From the NCBI GenBank assembly GCA_964533555.1, contig CAZHMA010000001.1, positions 1-36,046 of the forward strand: a stretch of 36,046 nucleotides of DNA, given 5' to 3'. A program made the translations under genes and the position numbers. This DNA is from an uncultured Eubacteriales bacterium (GTDB lineage: Bacteria; Actinomycetota; Coriobacteriia; Anaerosomatales; PALSA-660). Below are positions 1 to 7,210 of this stretch, in pieces (positions within the stretch are counted from its first letter, which is position 1; each line of letters begins with the position of its first letter). The notes beneath the pieces were generated by a model, which did no database searches, was not told where the DNA came from, and saw nothing but the letters and a program-made list of their open reading frames with translations.

Positions 1-643
1 CCTTGTACGCCTCGTACTCATAGCGCAGGCAGCACATGAGCCGGCCGCAGAGGCCGGAGATCTTGAGCGGGTTGAGCGGGAGGTCCTGCTCCTTGGCCAT
101 GCGGATCGAGACGGGCTGGAACTCCCCGCCGAAGCGCATGCAGCACAGCTGCTCGCCGCAGTGGCCCAGGCCACCGATCATGCGGGCCTCGTCGCGCACG
201 CCGATCTGGCGCATGTCGACGCGGGTGTGGAACTCCGCAGCCAGGTCGCGGACGAGGTCGCGGAAGTCCACGCGCCCTTCCGCGACGAAATAGAAGACGC
301 CACGGGTGCCGTCGAAGGAGAACTCGACGTCGGTCGGCTTCATGTCGAGCTTGTGCTTGGTGACGAGGCGACGGTAGACCGCCTTGGCCTCGCCCTCCTT
401 GCGGTGCAGCTCCGCCGCGGTCTTGAGGTCCTCCTCCGTGGCGACACGCACGATCCTGTTGGTCGGGTCCACCGAGGTGCCCGCGGCCTGCTCGGCGGGC
501 TCGGTCGCGACGCGCCCGAGCTCCTCACCGCGCTCGGTGTCCACCAGCACGATGTCGTCGGTCTTCAGTTCCGTGATCTCGCCTATATCGAACAACACCG
601 GCTTTGCCGGGTTCCTGAGCTTCACTCCCACGATCGTGGGCAC
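1..643 (-). CDS. ricT: PSP1 domain protein (RicT/YaaT-like), 3' end cut by window edge
   Basis: Absent from the ORF track because it runs off the window. Minus-strand GTG at 643 has AGGAGG 7 nt upstream. The translation is VPTIVGVKLRNPAKPVLFDIGEI...FYFVAEGRVDFRDLVRDLAAEFHTRVDMRQIGVRDEARMIGGLGHCGEQLCCMRFGGEFQPVSIRMAKEQDLPLNPLKISGLCGRLMCCLRYEYEAYK. This carries the PSP1 hallmark double GxCG..LCC motif. The tmk-holB-ricT order is classical. Confidence 0.85.
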   Translation of the reverse strand, partial: MPTIVGVKLRNPAKPVLFDIGEITELKTDDIVLVDTERGEELGRVATEPAEQAAGTSVDPTNRIVRVATEEDLKTAAELHRKEGEAKAVYRRLVTKHKLDMKPTDVEFSFDGTRGVFYFVAEGRVDFRDLVRDLAAEFHTRVDMRQIGVRDEARMIGGLGHCGEQLCCMRFGGEFQPVSIRMAKEQDLPLNPLKISGLCGRLMCCLRYEYEAYK

Positions 644-1764
644 GTTGTTGCCTCCTGTATGTCGAACAGCATGGCCTCGATGGCCAGCTGGGGGCTCACA
701 TTATACGAGATGCGGCGCCGGGCCTCCGAAACGGATGCAAGCGCCCTTGAAAGCTGTCGCGGGCCGATGCAGGACGCTGCCGCTGCCGTGTCGTCGGCCG
801 CGTCCCTGTTGGCCACGAGGTCGGTGGCCCCGGCGGACGTGGCCGCGACGTCGCGCAGCCAGCTCTCGGCGATGTTGACGAGTTCGCCGATCCCTTCTCG
901 TTCGCGAGCGGTCAGCTCGCGCTTGTGGCGCTCCTCGATGGGCTTCATGGAGCCGGCCGTCTTGCCCAGGAACTCGACCCGCTCCCGGATCTCGGCCTCC
1001 TGGCGCGTCCGGACCTCGTCCAGCGGCGCCTTGACCCCTGAGAGCAAGTCCCGGGCCGCATCGAGCACGTCGCGCCCGTCCATGACCGGCAGGTCGCGCA
1101 GGACCCCCAGCAGCCGGTCGCGCGCAGCGCGCCGGGCCGGCGAGGACACGAAGTCGATCGCGCGGGGAACCACGCCCCCCGACGCGGCCAGGGCGGCGAG
1201 CGCCTCGTCCGCGCCGACGCCGGTGCGCTCGCCGAGGATCACGACCGCGGTCGAAGGCGTGACCGGAGCGAACCGCACGACCTGACAGCGCGACGCGATG
1301 GTGGGGATGACCGCCTCCCACGAGGTGGTGAGCAGGACGAGCACGACGTCGTCCGGCGGCTCCTCCAGCGTCTTGAGCAACGCGTTGGCGGCGGCGGGAT
1401 TGAAGGCCTCGGCCCGATCGAGCACGTAGATCTTCTGCCGGGCCTCCGTGGGGCTCATGTTCGTGTCGTGGATGAGCTCGCGCACCTGGTCGACCATGTA
1501 GGTGGCGGCGCCCTCCGGCTCGATCACGCGGACGTCGGGGTGGACCCCCCTCTTGATGCGGGAGCACACCGCGCACGAGCCGCACCCACCGTCCTCGCAC
1601 AGGAGCGCGCACGCGAGCGCGCGGGCGGCGGTGCGCTTGCCGGCGCCGGGCGGCCCCACGAACAGGTACGCGTGCGTGGTCGTGCCTTCGGCCGCCGACT
1701 TCTTGAGGAACGCCGTCACGCGGTCCTGTCCGACGATGTCGTCCCAGACGCAGCGCGGAGTCAC
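622..1764 (-). CDS. holB: DNA polymerase III subunit delta prime
   Basis: AAA+ P-loop GPPGAGKRT, zinc module CGSCAVCSR and the LKTLEEPP signature. I prefer the GTG at 1764, which overlaps the tmk stop (GTGA). The track ORF extends to 1806. Confidence 0.9.
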   Translation of the reverse strand: MTPRCVWDDIVGQDRVTAFLKKSAAEGTTTHAYLFVGPPGAGKRTAARALACALLCEDGGCGSCAVCSRIKRGVHPDVRVIEPEGAATYMVDQVRELIHDTNMSPTEARQKIYVLDRAEAFNPAAANALLKTLEEPPDDVVLVLLTTSWEAVIPTIASRCQVVRFAPVTPSTAVVILGERTGVGADEALAALAASGGVVPRAIDFVSSPARRAARDRLLGVLRDLPVMDGRDVLDAARDLLSGVKAPLDEVRTRQEAEIRERVEFLGKTAGSMKPIEERHKRELTAREREGIGELVNIAESWLRDVAATSAGATDLVANRDAADDTAAAASCIGPRQLSRALASVSEARRRISYNVSPQLAIEAMLFDIQEATTCPRSWE

Positions 1765-2402
1765 GAGATGTCCGCCAGGTGCGGATCGCTTGCGACGACG
1801 GCGCACCAGATCGCTTCGGCGACTTCGGGCACGGTCAGCGAGCCGTCGATCACCACGTGGTCCGGCGATCGCGACAGCTCTAGGAAGCCCTGCCGCACGC
1901 GCTCGTGGAAGGCGATCTCCTCGGACTCGAGCCGATCGGCGTCTCCGCCGTCGGTCGCGCGGGCCACTCCGATGCGCGGGTCGAGGTCCACGTACAGCGT
2001 CAGGTCCGCGCGCAGGCCGCCGGTCGCGAAGTCGTCCAGCCCGCGGATGGCGTCGAGGTCCAGTCCCCGCCCGTAGCCCTGGTACGCGAGCGAGGAGTCA
2101 CTGAACCGGTCGCACACGACATAGTCGCCCGCTTCCAGGCGCGGCCGTATGACGCGCGCGACGTGTTCAGCGCGGCTGGCCTCGTAGAGCATCAGCTCCG
2201 CGCGCGGGTCCAACCCGGCCAGGGTCGGGTCGAGCAGCACGATGTCGCGGATGCGGTCGCCTGCCGGCGTGCCGCCCGGCTCGCGCACGCTCGTGACGTG
2301 CGCCCCGGCAGCGCGGAGGCGTTCGGCGAGAAGGCGGGCCTGCGTGGTCTTGCCGGACCCCTCGCCGCCCTCCAGGACGATGAAGCGGCCAACGCCCGTC
2401 AT
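1761..2402 (-). CDS. tmk: thymidylate kinase
   Basis: FIVLEGGEGSGKTT P-loop and the DRFSDSSLAYQG motif. The ATG at 2402 overlaps the upstream stop (ATGA). Confidence 0.93.
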   Translation of the reverse strand: MTGVGRFIVLEGGEGSGKTTQARLLAERLRAAGAHVTSVREPGGTPAGDRIRDIVLLDPTLAGLDPRAELMLYEASRAEHVARVIRPRLEAGDYVVCDRFSDSSLAYQGYGRGLDLDAIRGLDDFATGGLRADLTLYVDLDPRIGVARATDGGDADRLESEEIAFHERVRQGFLELSRSPDHVVIDGSLTVPEVAEAIWCAVVASDPHLADIS

Positions 2403-2953
2403 CGCGCACCTCCCGACCACTGGGCCGCGGCGTCGGCGTACAGGTCGCGACCGGCAGCGTCGATGGCCACGAACGCGGGGAAGTCCCGCAGCGTCATGCG
2501 CACGAGCGCCTCTGTCCCGAGCTCGGGGTACGCTACGGGCTCGACAGCCGTGACGTGCTTCGCAAGCAGCGCGGCCGATCCGCCGACCGCGGCGAAGTAC
2601 ACGGCCCCGTGCTCCGCGAACGACCGGCGCACCGCGTCGGAGCGAGCGCCCTTGCCGATCGCGCCGGAGATGCCCGCCGAGAGCAGCGGGGGCGTGAACG
2701 CGTCCATGCGCTTCGCCGTGGTGGGACCGACCGCGCCCACGGGGCGCCCGGCCGCCGGCGGCGTGGGTCCCGCGTAGAACAGGACCTGCCCCTCGAGCCC
2801 GTAGGGTAGCGCGCCATCGCGCTCGAGCTCGGCGATCAGACGCGCGTGCGCGGCGTCACGGGCGGTGTAGACGACGCCCGACAGGGCGACCTCGTCGCCC
2901 GCCGTGAGCGTCGCGAGCACCTCTCGTGACGCGGGAAGGGTGATCTCACGCAT
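2399..2953 (-). CDS. Fe-S hydro-lyase beta subunit (class I fumarate hydratase / tartrate dehydratase beta type)
   Basis: MREITLP...YTARDAAHARL...FYAGPTP...GPTTAKRMD...GKG...AVGG. The size (184 aa) and motifs fit the FumA C-terminal/TtdB family. The ATG at 2953 is an internal Met of track ORF 2399..3031. Confidence 0.85.
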   Translation of the reverse strand: MREITLPASREVLATLTAGDEVALSGVVYTARDAAHARLIAELERDGALPYGLEGQVLFYAGPTPPAAGRPVGAVGPTTAKRMDAFTPPLLSAGISGAIGKGARSDAVRRSFAEHGAVYFAAVGGSAALLAKHVTAVEPVAYPELGTEALVRMTLRDFPAFVAIDAAGRDLYADAAAQWSGGAR

Positions 2954-4475
2954 GGTCGGCCTCCACCGCGGCCTGACGGCCGTTTCCCTTGCGCCAGGGG
3001 ATGGCCCTTGAAGCGTACACCGCCGCGGCAAGGACTATCACCGACGCGATGATGAGCGTGATGCGCGAGCCGGTCAGGACCAGCTCGGCCGGATTGCCGC
3101 CGCCCTCCTGGACGAACTGCTGGACGCGGCCGCTCACGAGGTCGCCGAGGGGCGCCACGATCACCATGGACGCCAACAGGGCCACGCGCAGCACCGACTC
3201 GAGCGCCGTGAACACGCGACCGCGCACCTCGTCGGCGACCGTCTCGGCGATGAAGGTGTTGCCGGCGACCGTCACCTGCGCCACGCAGAAGCCCGAGCCG
3301 ATCGCGAAGAGCGCCGCGACCGCGTAGATGCCGGTGGTGGAGAAGCCCAGCATCGAGACGCCGAAGAGCGCCACGCCGGCGACGAAGAGCGCCTCGAGAC
3401 TCAGGCGCGCGGCGATCTTCGGCACGACCACCGCGCCGAGGAACATGCCCAGGGCGAGGAACGCCATCATGAAGGTCTGCGGGGCCTGGCTGGCGAGCCG
3501 CTGGAGCGGCGGCACGAGTTCCAGGAACGGGATGCCGCCGACGAGGTTCTGCTGCACGTACACGAGGCCGACCGAGACGATGGCCCCGCCGCCGAAGATG
3601 GCGAGTCCTATGCTGACGAGCAGGCCGCGCAGCTCGCGGTGCTCCTTGAGGACCGTGAAAGACTCCAGGACCTCCCGGCCGAAGAGCCGCATGGTCAGCT
3701 CGGCATGGCCAAGGTCCGGCTTCGCATAGGCCCGGATCCGCCAGATCAGCAGCGCGGACAGCGCGAACGACAGGCTGTCGAGCGCCACGCCGGCGAGAGG
3801 ACCGGTGAGGATCGCGAAGTAGGGCGCGGTCTCCAGCGCTGCAGAGAACCAGGGCACCTGCGCGCTGGCGAGTCCCCGTACCACGGCCACGAACGCCGCG
3901 ACGATGGCGCCTGACGCGAGCAGACCGATGAGCATGCTCGCCTGCTGGGTGGTGTAGGACAAGCCGTTGGCCGACGCCAGGTCGCGCTCGTCGACGATGG
4001 CGGGGATGAGCGCGTTCTTCGCGGGGACCACGAGCAGGTTGCAGATCTCCATCAGGAACGTGATGGAGTAGATGAGCGCGAGCGCGGCCGCAGGCGGGAT
4101 GCTGTACATGAACAGCAGGCCGAGGCACAGGACGCCGTTGATCAGGTCGCACGCGATCATGAGCTTGCGGCGGTCGAACCGGTCGACCAGCACGCCGAGC
4201 ACCCCGCCCAACAGCAGCGACGGGATGATCTTCGCGATCATGATGCCGGCGACCGCCATCGACGAGCCCATGGACAGCTGCGTCACGAGCGGGATGAGCA
4301 GGCCGACGACGAGCCAGTCGCCGACACCGGAGATGGTCTGCGCGACCCACAGGTTGCGGAAGTTCGCGTTCGTGAACAGCCGGCGATAGCCGCCGGAGGC
4401 GGCGCGTTCCGCGGTGGCTACGGCGTCGGGAACGCCGACGGATATCTCGTTCACGCCGTGCTTCTCGCGCGTCAT
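2946..4475 (-). CDS. MFS transporter (12-14 TM, DHA3/EntS-like)
   Basis: YRRLFTNANFRNLWVAQTISGVGDWL N-terminus and hydrophobic helices throughout. The ATG at 4475 overlaps the stop of the alpha-subunit gene (ATGA). The 3' end overlaps the beta-subunit start by 8 nt. Confidence 0.8.
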   Translation of the reverse strand: MTREKHGVNEISVGVPDAVATAERAASGGYRRLFTNANFRNLWVAQTISGVGDWLVVGLLIPLVTQLSMGSSMAVAGIMIAKIIPSLLLGGVLGVLVDRFDRRKLMIACDLINGVLCLGLLFMYSIPPAAALALIYSITFLMEICNLLVVPAKNALIPAIVDERDLASANGLSYTTQQASMLIGLLASGAIVAAFVAVVRGLASAQVPWFSAALETAPYFAILTGPLAGVALDSLSFALSALLIWRIRAYAKPDLGHAELTMRLFGREVLESFTVLKEHRELRGLLVSIGLAIFGGGAIVSVGLVYVQQNLVGGIPFLELVPPLQRLASQAPQTFMMAFLALGMFLGAVVVPKIAARLSLEALFVAGVALFGVSMLGFSTTGIYAVAALFAIGSGFCVAQVTVAGNTFIAETVADEVRGRVFTALESVLRVALLASMVIVAPLGDLVSGRVQQFVQEGGGNPAELVLTGSRITLIIASVIVLAAAVYASRAIPWRKGNGRQAAVEADHA

Positions 4476-5311
4476 CCTTCCAGCTCCCGGCTCGCGGAGC
4501 GGACGGCGCAGCAGCCCATGTTGACCGCGACGGGAAGAGCTGCGATGTGGCACGGCGCGGTCTCGACGTGCACTGCCAGCGCGGTCGTGGTGCCGCCGAG
4601 GCCGCCGGGCCCGATGCCCGTGGCGTTGACCGCCTCAAGAAGGCGGCGCTCGAACGCCGCCGCACGCGGGTCGCCCGGCGCGCCGATCTCGCGCAGCAGC
4701 GCGTGCTTCGCCAGTGCGCCCACCCGGTCGAAGGTCGAGCCCACCCCGACACCCACGAGCAGTGGCGGACAGGCGTTGGCGGCCCTGGCCCGCACGGCGG
4801 CCACGACGACATCCAGGACGCCGTCCTCACCCGCCGACGGATCGAGCATCGTGACGACCGAGGCGTTGTCGCTCCCGCCGCCCTTGAGCATCACGTCCAC
4901 GCGCGCGCCCGCGCCCGGGCGCGATGCGATCTCGATGAAGGCGGGGGTATTGTCGCCGGTGTTGGCGCGGTCCCACAGCGCATCCCGCACGACGCTCATG
5001 CGCAGGGCGTTCTGCTTGAAGGCCGTCGCGACCGCCGCGTCGACCGCGGCGTGCAGGTCACCGCCGAGCGCCTCGTCGGCGCCCAGCGTCACGCGGACCC
5101 AGACGGTGCCGGTGTCCTGGCACAGCGGCACGCGGTCCGCTGCCGCGATCGCGGCGTTGGCGAGCAGCTGGGCCAGGACCGCGCGGCCGCGCTCCGAACG
5201 CTCGCTCGACACGGCCGCGTCGAGCGCCGTCACCACATCCGACCGCAGCGTGAACGCCGCTTCGGCGATGCAGCCGCTGACGGCGGCCGCGATGCGGTCG
5301 CTCATGGGCAT
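4472..5311 (-). CDS. Fe-S hydro-lyase alpha subunit (class I fumarate hydratase alpha type)
   Basis: PLCQDTGT cluster-ligand motif, GGGSDN and CPP..VGVGVGST. The length of 279 aa is typical of the split FumA/TtdA alpha subunit. Confidence 0.85.
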   Translation of the reverse strand: MPMSDRIAAAVSGCIAEAAFTLRSDVVTALDAAVSSERSERGRAVLAQLLANAAIAAADRVPLCQDTGTVWVRVTLGADEALGGDLHAAVDAAVATAFKQNALRMSVVRDALWDRANTGDNTPAFIEIASRPGAGARVDVMLKGGGSDNASVVTMLDPSAGEDGVLDVVVAAVRARAANACPPLLVGVGVGSTFDRVGALAKHALLREIGAPGDPRAAAFERRLLEAVNATGIGPGGLGGTTTALAVHVETAPCHIAALPVAVNMGCCAVRSASRELEG

Positions 5312-5315
5312 GCCG

Positions 5316-6278
5316 CTAGCCCGCCGCCGCCACGGAGAACGCCTCGGCGATCCCCTCGGCCGACGTCTGGACCTTCGCGAGCTCTTCGGCGGTCAGCTCG
5401 AACTCGGGAACGCCGACCACGCCTCCGGCGCCGAGGACGGCAGGCACCGACATGTACGTGCCGCTCACGCCGTACTGCCCCTCGAGCAAGACGCACGACG
5501 GCAGCGTCACGAGGCTGTCGGTGAGCACCGCCTCGACCATGGAGGCGACGGACGCCGCCGGCGCGTAGTACGCGCTGCCGGTCTTGAGCAGCGCCACGAC
5601 CTCGGCTCCGCCGAAGACGGTGCGCCGCACGAGTTCGTCCACACGGTCGGCGGGCAGCAGCTCGGTGAGCGGGCGGCCTCCCACCGTAGAGAGCCTCGGC
5701 AGCGGGACCATCGCGTCCCCGTGCGCACCGACGACGAGCGCGTCGATGTCCGTGATGGCGGCGCCGGTCTCCGCGGCGATGAAGTAGGCGAACCTGGCCG
5801 AGTCGAGCACACCGCCCATGCCGAGCACGCGGGCACTCGGAAGACCGGAGAGCTGCCACGCGAGCTGTGTCATGACGTCGAGCGGGTTGGTGACGCAGAT
5901 GAACACGGCGTCCGGCGAGGCGGCCGTGGCCGCCTGGATGACCGATCGGACGATGCCCGCGTTGATGGCGAGCAGCTCGTCGCGCGTCATGCCGGGCCTC
6001 CGCGGCACTCCGGCGGTGATCACGACGACATCGGATCCGGCAGTCGGCTCGTAGTCGTTCGTGCCGGAGACAACGGGCCCGTACTTCAGGACCGAGCGCG
6101 CGTGCATCATGTCGAGCGCTTTGCCCTGCGGCAGGCCCTCGGCCACATCGACCAGCACCACATCAGCGACGTTACGGGTGCTCAGGATGAATGCGGCGGT
6201 CGCGCCAACATGGCCCGCGCCGACGACGGTCACTTTCGGATATGCCACGGGTGCTGCCTTTCGGGCGCTGTCGGACAT
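5316..6278 (-). CDS. mdh: malate dehydrogenase (LDH-like family)
   Basis: KVTVVGAGHVGAT Rossmann motif. ITAGVPRRPGMTRDELL has Arg at the substrate-discriminating position, which is MDH-type. Also NPLD and GAHGD. The ATG at 6278 is an internal Met of track ORF 5316..6428. Confidence 0.88.
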   Translation of the reverse strand: MSDSARKAAPVAYPKVTVVGAGHVGATAAFILSTRNVADVVLVDVAEGLPQGKALDMMHARSVLKYGPVVSGTNDYEPTAGSDVVVITAGVPRRPGMTRDELLAINAGIVRSVIQAATAASPDAVFICVTNPLDVMTQLAWQLSGLPSARVLGMGGVLDSARFAYFIAAETGAAITDIDALVVGAHGDAMVPLPRLSTVGGRPLTELLPADRVDELVRRTVFGGAEVVALLKTGSAYYAPAASVASMVEAVLTDSLVTLPSCVLLEGQYGVSGTYMSVPAVLGAGGVVGVPEFELTAEELAKVQTSAEGIAEAFSVAAAG

Positions 6279-6341
6279 GGAATGGGTGCCGCGTCCCCCC
6301 GGCAGAAGACGGGCGCCGTGTCGTGCTCGCGGACCCACCGG

Positions 6342-6350
6342 ATTGTAGCA
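6342..6350 (-). promoter_or_regulatory. extended -10-like element TGCTACAAT upstream of mdh
   Basis: The minus strand reads TGCTACAAT about 64 nt upstream of the mdh ATG, and there is no good -35. This is a sequence match only. Confidence 0.3.
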
Positions 6351-6390
6351 TGCGAGGTGGTCTCGGCCGCGTGGCCGCGGGCCTCCGCAG

Positions 6391-6462
6391 GTGTGCCGGT
6401 CGGGGGCCCTGTGGGGCCACCAAGACACTAAGGCGGCCCCACAGGGCCCCCGACCGGCACAC
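6391..6462. repeat. perfect 28-bp inverted repeat with a 16-nt loop (GC-rich hairpin)
   Basis: The arms are 6391-6418 (GTGTGCCGGTCGGGGGCCCTGTGGGGCC) and 6435-6462, its exact reverse complement. The symmetry makes both strands yield ORFs that begin MCRSGALWG. It lies 19 nt after the stop of the minus-strand gene ending at 6481. No U-tract follows. Confidence 0.85.
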
Positions 6463-6480
6463 CCCAGCAGCGGGCGGCCG

Positions 6481-7164
6481 TCAGTCGATGGTGGCCGGGT
6501 ACTCCGGGCGGATCTTCGTGCCGTGGTGCGCGGCGATCCGCTGAGCCAGCACCGGCGGCAGCACGGGGCGCGGCCCGCGCCGGGCCGGGAGCGGCACCGG
6601 GACCGGGACGCGGGCGATCAGGAGGTCTTCGCCGCTGCCCGCCTCGGCGAGGATCTCGCCCAGGTGCACGATGGCGCTGCCTCCGAACGACTTGACCCCG
6701 CGCGCCTCGCCGGTGAGGCAGGCGGTCAGCACGAGGCCGGCCTGGGACAGGCTCGCGTCCAGCGCGAACTCGAGGAGCGCCTCGGCCTGGAGCGGCGACT
6801 CGGTGTCCATCTGGAGGACGAGCGCCTCCAGGTCCATCGCCTCGACGGGCTGGAAGAAGAGCGGATCGATGCAGTCGTCCCCGGAGAGCAGGAGGGTGCG
6901 CCCGAGCCGGGTCAGTACGGGGAGCTGGTGGCCCGAGCGGTCCACCGCGGCGCACGACGCGACGATGGAGACCTGGGGAGCGCGCTCGACGACGTTCTCG
7001 GCGAACGCCGTCATGAGGCCGCTCTCGTAGGTGAGGCCCGGCACGCACGGGAAGACGATGACGTCCGCGCCCTCGTCCTCCGCCTGCTCGGCGAGCGACA
7101 GCAACGCGGCAAGATCCATCCGCTCGTGGGTGCGGATCCGGTGTTGTACGACCGCTATCCTCAA
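6481..7164 (-). CDS. carbon-nitrogen hydrolase (nitrilase superfamily)-like protein
   Basis: LRIAVVQHRI..., ADVIVFP, GDDCIDPLFF and GGSAIV..GEILAEAG.GEDLLIA match the CN-hydrolase fold pattern. The start is assigned to the TTG at 7164. The ATG at 7116 is an alternative. The track ORF to 7404 would overlap topA. Confidence 0.6.
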   Translation of the reverse strand: MRIAVVQHRIRTHERMDLAALLSLAEQAEDEGADVIVFPCVPGLTYESGLMTAFAENVVERAPQVSIVASCAAVDRSGHQLPVLTRLGRTLLLSGDDCIDPLFFQPVEAMDLEALVLQMDTESPLQAEALLEFALDASLSQAGLVLTACLTGEARGVKSFGGSAIVHLGEILAEAGSGEDLLIARVPVPVPLPARRGPRPVLPPVLAQRIAAHHGTKIRPEYPATID

Positions 7165-7210
7165 CGACTGACCTCTACGGTGCCGGATACCAACAGAGAT
7201 GTCGCCAATG

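Noticed and set aside
2836-4830. 664-aa minus-strand ORF overlapping the MFS and fumarase genes in another frame
   Set aside because: It encodes an Arg/Pro-rich nonsense-like sequence. The alternative frames give a clean MFS transporter and Fe-S hydro-lyase subunits with coupled stop/start junctions.
4458-6431. 657-aa plus-strand ORF
   Set aside because: It is antisense to the fumarate hydratase alpha gene and mdh. It is low-complexity and has no motifs.
6172-6544. Mirror-image small ORFs starting MCRSGALWG on both strands
   Set aside because: They are a by-product of the perfect 28-bp palindrome at 6391-6462, not evidence for coding.
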